64,000 nucleotides of DNA, from assembly GCA_951406725.2 (NCBI GenBank), contig OX597829.1, positions 56,358,001 to 56,422,000 of the forward strand, written 5' to 3'. The stretch's first letter is position 1. Each line of letters starts with the position of its first letter. The notes beneath the pieces were generated by a model. The model saw only the letters and a list, made by a program, of their open reading frames with translations, was not told the DNA's origin and searched no databases. Shown here piece by piece: positions 1-12,051 of the stretch. The translations under genes and the position numbers were made by a program. Source of the DNA: Octopus vulgaris. Taxonomy: Eukaryota.

Positions 1-124
1 CGGAAGGCTTCATCAGGCCCAGTCAGATTTGGCAGTGTTTCTACAGCTGGATGCCCTTCCTAACGCCAACCACTCCGTGAGTGTAGTGGGTGCTATTTAA
101 TGAAAATATATATATATAAAATAT

Positions 125-686
125 ATAGTTACAAATTGAGATGGGGGTTGTAAATGCAACCCTCCATGGGATAACATATATCCAATATACTGCTAGTGAA
201 GTACCCAACAAAGTTAATACATAAATGTTAAGGATTGCGATGCAATCAATTCATCTACTGTATTATATGGGCAAAAGTAAAATGTTTTACCACAAATTAA
301 TAATACAAGATAAGAAAATGGAGAAATACATCTAAATCAAATATCAATTACCAGATAATACTCAATCACATACTTTATTAAACCACCACATAAGAGACTG
401 TAGGGTTAATTATAAAAAGCAGAACAAATCAGTGTACTTAAAGGAATGTACATAAAAAAGTGTACATAAAAGAGTAATAATGTTGTATAATAAGTAGAAT
501 ATTATACAACATTACTCTTTTATGTACACTTTTTTATGTACATTCCTTTATGTACACTGATTTGTTCTGCTTTTTATGTTTAACCCTACAGTCTCTTATG
601 TGGTGGTTTAATAAAGTATGTGATTGAGTATTATCTGGTAATTGATATTTGATTTAGATGTATTTCTCTATTTTCTTATCTTGTAT
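125..686. mobile_element. Fold-back element (family A, Penelope-like pLTR derivative) between (TA)n tracts
   Basis: About 180 bp unique segment, then arms ~304-490 and ~501-686 that are near-perfect reverse complements. Near-identical to parts of 3405-4766. Confidence 0.75.
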
Positions 687-1562
687 ATAAAATATATATA
701 TATATGCAGTCTTTCATGGTGTATAAAATTATGTGTAGTAAATGCAATAAATTCTACATCAGATGAACCATCAGACAATTACATATACAGGTTATTGAGC
801 GAAAAAATATCTACAGAAATGCCACACCCAAGACAACCAGGTTTCCATTGAAGTACAGAAAGTAACTTTGGGAACTTGGGAATAAAATAAAAAAGCTCCT
901 CTTTTATTGAAGAAATACATACCACTTATTAATAAGAGATTAAATGCAGCCAATTGGTTACTATAGTGACATGTAAACCAACCCTTCATACATATATACT
1001 ACAGGACAAAAAAGGTCAGTGAATACCGACTTTTCTCCAAAGATTTCCTGAGGAAGGGATCCTAACTTTGGAATACTGAAATACCAGGTAAAACTATTAA
1101 CCTGTTTTACGTTTATAAATTGTATTGTTTTGGCTTCTTAAAAAAAATATATACAAACATGTGTGTGTGTGTGTGCACATGTGAGTGCATGTGTGTGTAT
1201 GGGAAAGTGTATGGCCTAATGGTTAGGGTGTTGCACTCACAATCACTAGATTGTGGTTTCAATTCCCAGACTGGGTGATGCTTGTGTTCTTAGGCAGAAC
1301 CCTTCATCTCACGTTGCTCTGCAATCACTTCGACACCTGACGCATGGTACACTTGTGCACCTGTTCAAACATCATCGATTTGATGGAAAGAGAGAGAGAG
1401 TGAGGTTATGTACAACGCATACATTTGATCTCTATAAACAAATCATTTGTGCAGGTCGTTTGGCAAAAAGTTTCATTTTCAGTAGGAGAGTCCATCACAT
1501 ATGGCTTAACTGATTGAAACTCCAAAGTTACTGTCAATAATATTCTTGCTTAAGAATAATAA

Positions 1563-1601
<39 letters not shown>

Positions 1602-1793
1602 TATGTAACATATGTAAATAAATACACACATGCTCATATATTTAGGCACAGAGATGGCTGTTTGAGCGAGAAGTTCATTTCAGAATCATGTGGTTGGTCC
1701 CACTGTATGGACACTGCCAGACAGTCCTCTACTACAGCCACAGGTGACCAATAACAAAGAGAGTAAATTTGGTAGACAGAAAATGAAAGGAGC

Positions 1794-2057
<264 letters not shown>

Positions 2058-2312
2058 ATTCCTATGTCTGTCTCTTTGTCTGTCTCTTACATGGTAGGAG
2101 CAGATTGTAAACAAAGGCTTCATTGTTCACAGGGACAATGGCATTATTTTTCATTCCAGTGCAAAAGCCATGTCAGAATTCTTGTCACTGAGAGCAAGAC
2201 GGTCAAGGAATGAACATTTCAAGGTTGAGAAAACAGCCTAAAAATGCTTGTTGTGTTCTGTCAATCTATCTACCTGTCTCCTTCTATATAAAATATATAC
2301 ACACTCACACAG

Positions 2313-2344
<32 letters not shown>

Positions 2345-2569
2345 TCTTTCACTTGTTCCAGTCATTTTGACTGTGGTCATGCTGGAGCACCACCTTTTAA
2401 GTCAAAGAAATCGACCCCTGGACTTACTCTTTGTAAGACTAGTACTTATTCTATTGGTCTCTTTTGTTGAACACTAAGTTACAGGGACGTTAACACACCA
2501 ACATCAGTTGTCATGGAAGGTGAGGGAACAACCCAGACACACAAACATATATATATATATATATATATA

Positions 2570-2805
2570 AAATCAAAATAAGCAACAAGGATATCCAGAG
2601 GTAATGCAGTACAATCGTTTCAAGCGACTCCATTTACTTGAACAATGCAATCATTTCATTACATCAATTTAAAATGAAGAGCAATCTTCAGCTGCACAAA
2701 AAGCATAGAATTTAATTAAATTAGGACACATTAGTATTATTTTACCTAAAATCTCCAAGAGGATAAGGAGATAGACAAAACTATGATGTTGTTGGTAAAA
2801 CATAT
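2570..2805 (-). mobile_element. Family B Penelope-like terminal-repeat fragment inserted in the (TA)n of a SINE
   Basis: Homologous to ~6453-6690 and carries a hammerhead motif. Confidence 0.7.
2604..2697 (-). ncRNA. Type I hammerhead ribozyme motif (family B)
   Basis: Minus strand: gtgcag-CTGAAGA-ttgc...gagtcgctt-GAAAC-gatt-GTA-ctgcat. Confidence 0.7.
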
Positions 2806-2974
2806 TCTTTGTTTTGGTCAACCTGAGGCTATAGTAGAAGACACTTGCCCAAAGTGCCATGCAGTGGGACTGAACCTGGAACCATCTGGTTGGTAAGCAA
2901 GATTCCTACCACACAACCACACCTGCGCTTATATATATGTATAATAGCAACAGACGCAGTATTAATGCCAAAAC

Positions 2975-3322
2975 GTAATCTTGATCTTCAACTTAACTTG
3001 GAGGTTGAGTTAGAACACAGGATACTGCGCCATTTATCTTGAGGGAAGGTCTCTCATGAGAATTGAATAGTCACTGAGATTCTGTACATTGTTTTATGGA
3101 GGTTTGGTTGTTATTGTGCAACTGAGGAATCCATAGCATGGTGAAATCACTTGATCTGACAGTTCTGGCAGCTGTAGCAGGCAATTCTCATCTGTCAACA
3201 ATATCATTACGAGTGCTTTTATACACCACAAGTCCTTATGAGAGATCCTCTCTCTCGAGGTAAATTATGCAGTGTTTTCTGTTCTAACACAACATCCATG
3301 TTAAGGTGGAGATCAAGATCAC
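2975..3322 (+). repeat. Imperfect long inverted repeat enclosing a hammerhead-like core
   Basis: About 85-bp arms (2975-3060 / 3235-3322); inner pair gagaattg/caattctc; CTGAGGA...GAAA at 3122-3146. Confidence 0.7.
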
Positions 3323-3404
3323 AAATCACACACACACACATATATATAGCATGTATGTGTGTGTAAATATATATATATATATGTCATGTATATATATATA
3401 TATA

Positions 3405-4766
3405 CAAATTGAGATAGGGGTTGTAAATGCAACCCTCCACGGGATAACATATATCCAATATACTGCTAGTGAAGTACCCAACAAAGTTAATACATAAATG
3501 TTAAGGATTGCGATGCAATCAATTCATTTACTGTATTATATGGGCAAAAGTAAAATGATTTACCACAAATTACTAATACAAGATAAGAAAATGGAGAAAT
3601 ACATCTAAATCAAATATCAATTACCAGATAATATTCAATCACATAAGAAAATGGAGAAATACATATATTTAAATATATATGTGTGTGCGAATGTTCCCTG
3701 ATACAGTATATGAGAGTATATTAATATTTATGAGTATATGCGGATGTGTGTGTGAGTGTGTGTGTTAGTGTATAGACACTGCTGCCTGTACTGATTTGTC
3801 TATAAGCCATGTGATGACAGACATGCACTCTGCAATCTAGTGAATGTGTAGGGATGTGTCGGGGTGTATTCATGTGTGTGTGTGGGTTTTTATGTGGACG
3901 TGTGGGTTTAGGGTTGGATGTGGATGTGTATGTTTTTCATGTGCGGTGTGGTGGAGGTCGGGCGGCTCTCAACGGACCAACCATGAGGAAGACAATGATA
4001 ATTTAAATTCAAATCCAATAGTGTATTTATGTCATAAGGAAAATTACTAACTGGAACCTGGACATACATATGTGCCACTTTGGATCCTAATGTAAGCGTT
4101 ATTAATAATATTATGAATGATAATAATGGTAGCATTAATGGTATTGACAACGATAATGATGCTAACTTTAATGACACTTTGGAAATTAGTAGGAAGTAAT
4201 ATAATGTACTATTGACTATGTATATTTGCATCTAGGTACTAATATGTGTATGTTTATTATCACAATATTAAGTTGAAGAACTGAAACACTGAATGTGGAA
4301 CATATATATGTTTACTAATTTATATTATTTATTTACATTATTATGTATATATATATTTTTATATGTATAGGAGTGTGAGTATATGCACTCATATGTATAT
4401 GTATATCTCCGAGGAGGCCTTATGATATTTTTGTAAATGTCTCATTTATATCTATATATTGACCTACCATAAAAGGCTAATATTGGTAAAATAAGACATA
4501 CTTATCTACATGGCCGAAACAGCTGTAAGATGTAATCTATACTTATATTTATATTCTCTTTTTTATATATATTCTAATTATTATACAACATTACTCTTTT
4601 ATGTACACTTTTTTATGTACATTCCTTTATGTACACTGATTTGTTCTGCTTTTTTATGTTTAACCCTACAGTCTCTTATGTGGTGGTTTAATAAAGTATG
4701 TGATTGAGTATTATCTGGTAATTGATATTTGATTTAGATGTATTTCTCCATTTTCTTATCTTGTAT
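3405..4766 (+). mobile_element. Family A Penelope-like element: inverted partial terminal repeat, body, hammerhead and terminal repeat
   Basis: 3405-3645 matches ~130-372 and 4578-4766 matches ~500-686. TA-rich flanks, hammerhead motif at 4402-4534, decayed ORF end (LCHKENY, Asn/Asp-rich tail). Confidence 0.7.
4402..4534 (+). ncRNA. Type I hammerhead ribozyme motif (U4C core variant, long loop II)
   Basis: tatatct-CCGAGGA-ggcc...ggcc-GAAAC-agct-GTA-agatgta. Stem I is 7 bp, stem II is GGCC/GGCC, and helix III is the palindrome ACAGCTGT. Confidence 0.75.
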
Positions 4767-6108
4767 ATATATATATATATGTCATGTATGTATATATATA
4801 TCATGTATGTATAAATGTATATCATGTATATATATGTATATCATGTATGTATATATATATATATATATATAGCATGTATGTGTGTGCATATATATATGTC
4901 ATGTATGTATATATATATATCATGTATGTATATTAATCAGCCGAAATTGCGAGGATGATCCGGTTCTTGACTGAAGATTAGAGGCTTCGAATGACCCGTC
5001 CGCTTTATTGTGTCGTCTATTTGAATGTTTTGTGTTCTTGTCCCATTTTGTATTTTTATATATATTTTATATACATATATATATATATATATACGTATGT
5101 ATGTATATCATGTATGTATATATACACACACACACCTATCATTCATACAGTTTTATATCCATGTTATTCTATGGTTCAGATGAAATATGGCAAGGGGTTT
5201 TATGCCTGAATGCTCTTCCTATTATCAAACCTTAACTATTAGAAATTGAAACCACAGAACCTTACATTAATTATACAAGGTTGTGAATAAAAACACCTGG
5301 GGGGTTTTCCACCCACCCCACCTCCACACAGATAATGTAAATGACAACACACAGACTGTCACTGGCACAATGCACTACTATCTAGTTCAAATGATAGACT
5401 AATATCTATGCCACTGCCTTTGTCCTGTAGTCACTCAACAATATTTATCTGTATCTACACACTAACAAAGTATGGTTCCAGTGAGAACAAAAATCTGTTT
5501 TATGAGCAATTAATGTTCAGAAAATTCCTGTTGGAGATAAGGCAATAATTATTTCTGATTTTAAAGTACAAGCTGGTGAATATTTTGAAATAGGGAACAG
5601 TTTAGGATATCATCAGGTAAAACAATCAGAGGCAATTTTCAAATCTCGTTATTTGGAGCAATTTCTTTGAACATATAAAAATTACAAAAGAATTTCAATA
5701 CATCAGATGTTCTGGTAACACATTCAAGCAGCACCTCTCCAACCACAAATCTTCTTTCAGGATCTCGGAAAGGAGATATGCTACATCCTTAGCCAGCCAT
5801 GTATGGTGGCTGAAAGATGACAGAACCCCACATTTAATATCATGGAAGATCCTATAAACTCCAGGCCCTTACATAAGTGGGACCAAGCATTGTAATCTAT
5901 GCATAGCTGAACAGATGAGGATTTTAAAGTATTTCCCCAACCCTGGGAACATCTTTAACTTCAAGACAGAGGTCTTCGGACCTTGCTTGCATTTCACAAA
6001 ATTCCTGCTGGCATCCTGGGATCCACACACCAACATGGTCAGTTAATTAGTGGTCAAAGGAACACAATCCCATATTGTTGACATAAAGTAACGAAGTCTT
6101 TTCCTCCT

Positions 6109-6160
6109 CCATTTTCTAGAGAGGCCATTTTCTAGAGAGGCCATTTTCTAGAGAGGCCAT
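6109..6160 (+). repeat. 16-bp tandem repeat ccattttctagagagg x3
   Basis: Read directly. Confidence 0.95.
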
Positions 6161-6176
6161 AGGCCAACAGGTTTTA

Positions 6177-6235
6177 GGGTCTGAAGAGATGGTGTAAAGC
6201 TAAGTGCTTTATGGATGTGAAACCCAGGGTAACCC
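6177..6235 (+). ncRNA. Type I hammerhead ribozyme motif (family C)
   Basis: gggt-CTGAAGA-g...tgtaaagc/gctttatg...t-GAAAC-ccagg-GTA-accc; predicted cleavage after 6231. Confidence 0.7.
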
Positions 6236-6323
6236 CATAGATTGGCCATATCTACCTTTATCTGTATACTCTACTGCTGTTTAACTTAGAGTGTGTTTCT
6301 CTTTTGGGCTTATGATTTACAGA

Positions 6324-6359
<36 letters not shown>

Positions 6360-6485
6360 CAAAAATTTAGATTCAGATGAATATGGTACTGAAGTTGAGG
6401 CACAAGAATTTAGTATGGTGTTATCCATACAATTTCAAAATAAGGTGATTAGAATCAAAATAAGCAACAAGGATATCCAGAGGTA

Positions 6486-6574
6486 ATGCAGTACAATCGT
6501 TTCATGCAACTCCATTTAATTGAACAATGCAATCATTACATCAATTTAAAATGCAGAGCAATCCTCAGCTGCAC
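6486..6574 (-). ncRNA. Type I hammerhead ribozyme motif (family B, left arm)
   Basis: Minus strand: gtgcag-CTGAGGA-ttgctc...gagttgcat-GAAAC-gatt-GTA-ctgcat. Confidence 0.75.
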
Positions 6575-6748
6575 AAAGACATAGAATTTAATTAAATTAA
6601 AACATATGGATACATTAGTATTATTTTGCTTCTAAGTTGAAGGAAGGGCAACAATGTTCTTTGTCTATCTCCTTATCCTCTAAGAGGTTTTAGGTATAAT
6701 TATACTAATGTGTCCATCTGTTTAAATTTAATTAAATTCTATGTCTTT

Positions 6749-6836
6749 GTGCAGCTGAGGATTGCTCTGCATTTTAAATTGATGCAATGATTGCATTGTT
6801 AATTAACAGGAGTTGCATGAAACAATCGTACTGCAA
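6749..6836 (+). ncRNA. Type I hammerhead ribozyme motif (family B, right arm)
   Basis: gtgcag-CTGAGGA-ttgctc...gagttgcat-GAAAC-aatc-GTA-ctgcaa. Confidence 0.75.
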
Positions 6837-6882
6837 TACCTCTGGATATCCTTGTTGCTTATTTTGATTCTAATCCCCTTAA

Positions 6883-6934
<52 letters not shown>

Positions 6935-7010
6935 TTATACACACACATAAACACACAACACACATACAGGTTTGGTGATGCAAACAGAAAAAATAGAACT
7001 CAGAACAAGA

Positions 7011-7054
<44 letters not shown>

Positions 7055-7066
7055 TTAGCATAAGCA

Positions 7067-7163
7067 AGAGAGTGGCTCAAGGGCTGAGAGTTTCAAGTGT
7101 TTGCACTTATTAATGTTTGATAAGTGCTAATGCACAAAATTCTGAGCCCTTGAGTCACTCTCT
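7067..7163 (+). other. ~97-nt stem-loop
   Basis: gagagtggctcaagggctgagagttt...gcacttattaa pairs with ttgataagtgc...aaattctgagcccttgagtcactctc. Confidence 0.8.
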
Positions 7164-7375
7164 CTCAAATTAAAAATGTATGTATTTATATTAAAAATAT
7201 ACACACTTCAGCAGAAAGGAATAAAAAAAATAAGTGAACAGAAAGAAAATGAAAAGAACTTGTAGATTTCAGCGGTCCAACATGGCAAATATACATATAC
7301 GTGTATAGAGGGTGCAACATGTAAGTTGTTGCCATTTTACACTTCAATTTTTGCACAAGTGCATTGTTCGCTTTT

Positions 7376-7696
7376 ACCTTCATTGTATATATTATTGAAA
7401 TTACTTCACCATACAATTATCCTTTTATGTAGCCACTTGAATGAGCATAGAGTTTTAACAATACAGGTTTTACCTTATTGAAATGGGAAATTTCACATGA
7501 CAACAAACTAGTTTAGGATCTTTTATTTGATTCTTGGTGACAACTGAATATCAATGACTGCTAATTAAATTAGAATATTTGGGGAAAGTTTTTATATATT
7601 TATTAACACAGGAGCTTGAATGTTTTAAATGAAATATATATATTTTAAAAAGGAAATATGGAAACTTTATCAAAGATATATTTTCAGTAATGTATG
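7376..7696 (+). repeat. ~320-bp segment with an inverted copy at 29783-30124
   Basis: Base-by-base reverse-complement match with few differences. Confidence 0.9.
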
Positions 7697-7798
7697 TTTG
7701 AAAATAATCTTGTCTCCACTTACATACACAAATATTGCCATGACAGATCGGTAGCCACTACACACATTTTTTTTCTCTCCTTGTTTCTTTCTGTGTCC

Positions 7799-7834
7799 CT
7801 TTCTGTAGAAGAGCGTAGGCTCGAAACGCAAAAG
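7799..7834 (+). ncRNA. Degenerate minimal hammerhead-like motif lacking helix III
   Basis: cttt-CTGTAGA-a-gagc-gtag-gctc-GAAAC-GCA-aaag. The core is mutated. It lies in a short repeat (~7735-7925, partial second copy at 23250-23345) ending at (TA)n. Confidence 0.45.
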
Positions 7835-7923
7835 ACTTTTTCAATTTCTGAGCATTATACTAATACATCTGTTTGTTGTCTACACCACCTGTCTTCGTCT
7901 TTTGTTTTTTTCGTGAACTCTCC

Positions 7924-7966
<43 letters not shown>

Positions 7967-7969
7967 CAT

Positions 7970-8812
7970 GCGATGAGTAAATTGTTGCCATTTTAAAATC
8001 TTAATTTCGCACATGTGCATTGTTTGTTTTTGATTTTGCCGACTACACAATATAGTAGGGTCAGTTGGGCACCATTTGTGAGAAAAACTGCACCATGATG
8101 CAATTCACTCTGCCAGAAATTTGGAAATGACATACTGTACCGCTTCACATTCATGCCAGAAACTCCAGTACAAACATTTCAGAATGTTTGGGTGTCAATC
8201 TGAGGACAGTGAAGAGAATTCGGAAAGATTTGGATGAGTCTAATGGTAATTATGAATGTACAGCAGCCTGGAAAACTCACTCTGATCGTTCTGATAAAAA
8301 AAAAAGAACTCCTGAACTTGTTGGTGAGATCCAGGCCACGATTGACAACGACCCTTCAAAGTCAATCAGGTCCATCACCAGAGACATGGGAGTGTCTGAG
8401 TTTCTTATCAGGCAAGTACTGCATAAAGACATTCGGTATTCCTCATACAAGATAAGATAGGGCCAATTTTTATCCCAGGCCATCAAAGACAAGAGGAAAG
8501 ACTGTGCTACAAAGCTTTTCAACAAACTCAAGCATCCCCTCCAACCGAACATGCTTTGGTCATTCTCAGACGAGAAAAATTTCTGCCGGGATCAGATGGT
8601 GAACATAGAGAACAACCGTTGGTTTGCCTTGTCCCCAAAACATATACTGAGAGTGGTAAAAATCAAACATCCAGTCAACAACATGGTGTTTGGAGGAGGT
8701 AGTGCTGTCCTGGGTGGCTGCTGGCAACAGGACTCTGCACCATGCCACACAAGCAGGAGAACCCAGTCATGGCTGTCAGACAATTTCTGCAACCACATCT
8801 GGCCTCCTAACT
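7970..8812 (+). mobile_element. Tc1/mariner-type transposase remnant
   Basis: HTH-like GVNLRTVKRIRK and SIRSITRDMGVS; DDE/D fragments FSDEKNF, QQDSAPCH, WPPN; contains stops and deletions. Confidence 0.85.
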
Positions 8813-8894
8813 TCTTTTCTCTTTATGCAAACTTAAATTTAGTCTGGACACCTTCTGTGTATGTATGCGTGTGTGTGTGTGTGTGTGTGTGTGT

Positions 8895-9475
8895 TCTTCT
8901 ATTGTTTTATTTGTTTCAGTCATTTGACTGTGGCCATGCTAGCGCACCGCCTTAATGAGTTTTAGTCAAAGAAATCAACCTCAGGACTAATTTTTTTAAG
9001 CCTAGTACTTATTCTATCAGTCCCTTTTGCCAAACTGCTAAGTTACATGGACATAAAACTATGATGGGGTGACAAACACAGGCACAAACACACATCATCA
9101 TCATTGTTCGACCGTGGTCGAGACAATGGAATTTACCATGTTGCGCCAGACTTCACGGTCCATCATAGCATTACGGAGGTCCTGTTGCTGGATGCCTGTA
9201 TCCCTGGAGATTACATCAGGGTAGGAGAGTGTGCGCCCTCTGGTGTTGCGAGTAGATGGCTTCCAGAGGAGAAGAGTAGAAATTACTTCTTTTTCAGCTC
9301 TACAACAATGTCCAGCAAACTGGACTCTCCTACCTTTCACAAGAGATGACACAGGTGACACATATATATATATATATATATATAATGGGCTTCTTTCAGG
9401 TGCCATGCAGTGGGACTGAACCTGGAACCATGTGGTTGGGAAGCAAGCTTCTTACCACACATTCACACCTATGCC
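8895..9475 (-). mobile_element. tRNA-derived SINE containing an inserted RTE-type LINE 3' end (9094-9345)
   Basis: SINE halves flank RRVQFAGHCCR...RGRTLSY...MMDREVWR* plus a (tga)n tail. Confidence 0.8.
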
Positions 9476-9754
9476 TATATATATATATATAAAATCCCAA
9501 ACAAGTTGTCAGTGAAAACCATGCTTTGGGTGGTTTTTTTTTTTTTGTGGCAAAGAGGGGGAAACACCTATTCCAACAAATATTTATATTTTGAAATGCA
9601 TCCAACCAATAGAATGAGTGAAAAAGTTCTAGATTCTATGAACTTAGGCCTACATATATCTATTCCTATTATTACCACTTAAAAAATGAAAGAAAGGATT
9701 TAAATCAAAATATATTTATGAAAACAAAAATAAAAAAAAGAGAGAAAATATTAC

Positions 9755-10015
9755 CTGTTGATGAAATTCATCATAATTTATCAAAGGTCCCGAGAAGCAT
9801 AAAGGCAAATAAATGGTATAACAAAGCAGATCACAGAAATCAAAACCATTCCTACGATTTTCACCATCTTCATGGACATGTTTCTTTTTCCATTTTACAT
9901 AATCACAATATTCCAGGCAAAAACTTGTGTAACGAATGTTACATAAGGACATGATAATCATCAGGAAATAGTAATGAAGATCCAGCTCTGGTGTCCAAGG
10001 AAACAAAGTGGTTTG
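9755..10015 (-). CDS. HHAT: HHAT coding exon 5: QTTLFPW...CNIRYTSFCLEYC...DLLCYTIYLPLCFSGPLINYDEFHQQ
   Basis: 261 nt; acceptor catctttcag, donor gtaata; phase 0-0. MBOAT/HHAT motifs RYTSFCLE and YxPLxxxGP. The catalytic His exon was not found in the window, so HHAT vs HHAT-like is unresolved. Confidence 0.93.
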
Positions 10016-10129
10016 CTGAAAGATGTTTGAAATGTACATGAGATGAGTGTAAAATTTTAATTTTGAATTAATATATATAAATAACACATTATCATTATTA
10101 TGATTATTATTATTATTATAAAAATTATG

Positions 10130-11600
10130 TCTAGCAAACATTCATGCAAATGGAGAATGCTGTCCCCCATCGATGTGTTTCCCCTTTCCACCCCTTCCTC
10201 ACCCTTAATGTGAGCACATTGAAAAATAACTCTGGTGAGATGATTGAGATGCTAGAATTCTTTCCACCACATAGGAAAAGAACATAGGTATAAAAGTTTC
10301 TGGATAGGTAATAGTGATGGGGTTGGTGCTGTGGGTGTAGTTTTTTTCTGAGAAATGGGTTGACAAAGCAACTGAGGTAGTCAGACATTATACTTAAGCT
10401 TAGACTACTTTTACAAAGTGGAACAGCAACTATTATTTCTGCCTATGCTCCACAACTGGGCCTGCAAAACAGAAAGATCGATTTTATGACACTCTTTTGC
10501 AGACTACCTCATTGACATATGACAGTGACCTTCCATTTGTGGTTGGTGGCATCATGGGCATGTTGGGCAGCATTCTGGTGGCTTCCATGGGATTCACAGG
10601 AGCTATGGCGTAAGTTCCCACAATGAAGAGAGAACTAGGCTACTGGAGTTCTGTGATGCAAATTACCTCATGATCAGGAAACTAATACTAACTTCAGGAA
10701 ACCAGCCAGTCACCTATCAATCTGGTGGCCACACAAGCCAGATTGATTACATTCTCACCAGAAAATGGAAAGATGGTTACTTATAAATGCAAAGATCTTC
10801 CCAGGAGAAGAGTGCACTCCTCAACAAAAGTTAGTCATTAGTGACTTCAGACTCCAGAGTAGAAGGTTGCCAAAACGACAACTAGTCTGGAAAAGAAAGA
10901 TCTGGAAGCTTAAGAATCTGAATAGTCAGAGATTAAGAGATGTTCAACTTGAAGCATTTGACAAGGAGGAGGAGGAACAAAGTAACACATAACATAGAGG
11001 ACAACTGGAGGTTCCTAAGGGACATCTTACTGACCAAATTTGTGACTGGTGCATAGTCCTAACCAGACCCAAGGTGAAATTGTGGTGCACCAGGGAAGTA
11101 GATAGAAAGACAGTAGGGCAAAGAAAGAGATATGGAAGGACTGGAAGAATGGTGGTAGCAGAGAAATATGTATATTATGTTGCTAGAAGGGAAGCTAAGA
11201 GAGAGGTATACTCAGCCAGTGGAGAAACAGAAAGGAAGCAGTTTGCCAAGGTTCTGCAGTATGAAGACCAGAGGCTTGAAGTGTTTTGGATTGCAATATA
11301 GTATGTCAGAGAAAATCATGATGTTGTAGGAGAGAAATGTGTTCACATTGATGATGGCTCACTTGCAGTGAGTGATTCTGCAGAGAAAGAGATTTGGAAA
11401 TGCCACTATGAAAGGCTGTTAAAGTAGAGGATTCTTGGATGAAGGAAAGTCTGCCTAATGTGGACACAGCAGAGGGACCAGCTGTCTGAATGGACAGTAG
11501 CTTGGCAGATAAAACAATTAAGTTTATGAAGACAGGGAAAGCCCCTGGCCCATCAGGAATCACCACTAAGGTGCTTAAAATATCTGGCAGAGTCGCAGAG
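10130..11600 (+). mobile_element. RTE LINE remnant (APE endonuclease to start of RT)
   Basis: TLNVSTLK, QIDYIL and KAPGPSGIT; homologous to 57230-60400. Confidence 0.85.
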
Positions 11601-12016
11601 TTAATCAGGTTGTCCATGAAATTTTTACAAACAGTTTGCTCTAATTACTGATTTGATTACAAAATAAAGAACTAATAATTATGAGGTAGTAATTATTAAT
11701 CAGCATTGAATTTTGATGTAAGCACAAAGAATTAGATTTATAGGAAAGGAGATATGAGAATAAGTGATATATCAAGTTTTTTTCAAAGACACAATCCTTG
11801 TATTATTTGCTGATTTTAGCTTTTAGACTGGCACCATGCAGGGGCTTATTTTTAGTCAGTTATAGTAACTCCAGCATTTTGTTTGATACTTGTTCTATCA
11901 ATTTCTGTCTATCAAATGAATAAATCCACCTAAGGGATGACACTTGGCTGACCATACACCAAAAGTTACCTTTTATTCAATGGTCTAATTTAGTGGTTAT
12001 CTCCTCACTAATATAT

Positions 12017-12051
<35 letters not shown>

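Larger units (their letters stand above)
2345..2930 (-). mobile_element. tRNA-derived SINE (main family), interrupted by a family B insert
   Basis: Homologous to 46915-47320 in reverse. Confidence 0.8.
5680..6325 (+). mobile_element. Penelope-like element 3' end: decayed GIY-YIG endonuclease C-terminus plus terminal repeat
   Basis: Translates as YIRCSGNTFKQHLSNHKSSF...WKIL...CNLCIAE...CLHFTKFLL, followed by a hammerhead and (TA)n. Confidence 0.75.
6357..6880. mobile_element. Family B fold-back element with one hammerhead per arm, between (TA)n tracts
   Basis: Unique segment 6357-6446; inverted arms ~6447-6625 and ~6697-6875. Confidence 0.8.

Noticed and set aside
4960-5005. CTGAAGA...cgaa hammerhead-like text
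   Set aside because: No GAAA and no stem I or II pairing.
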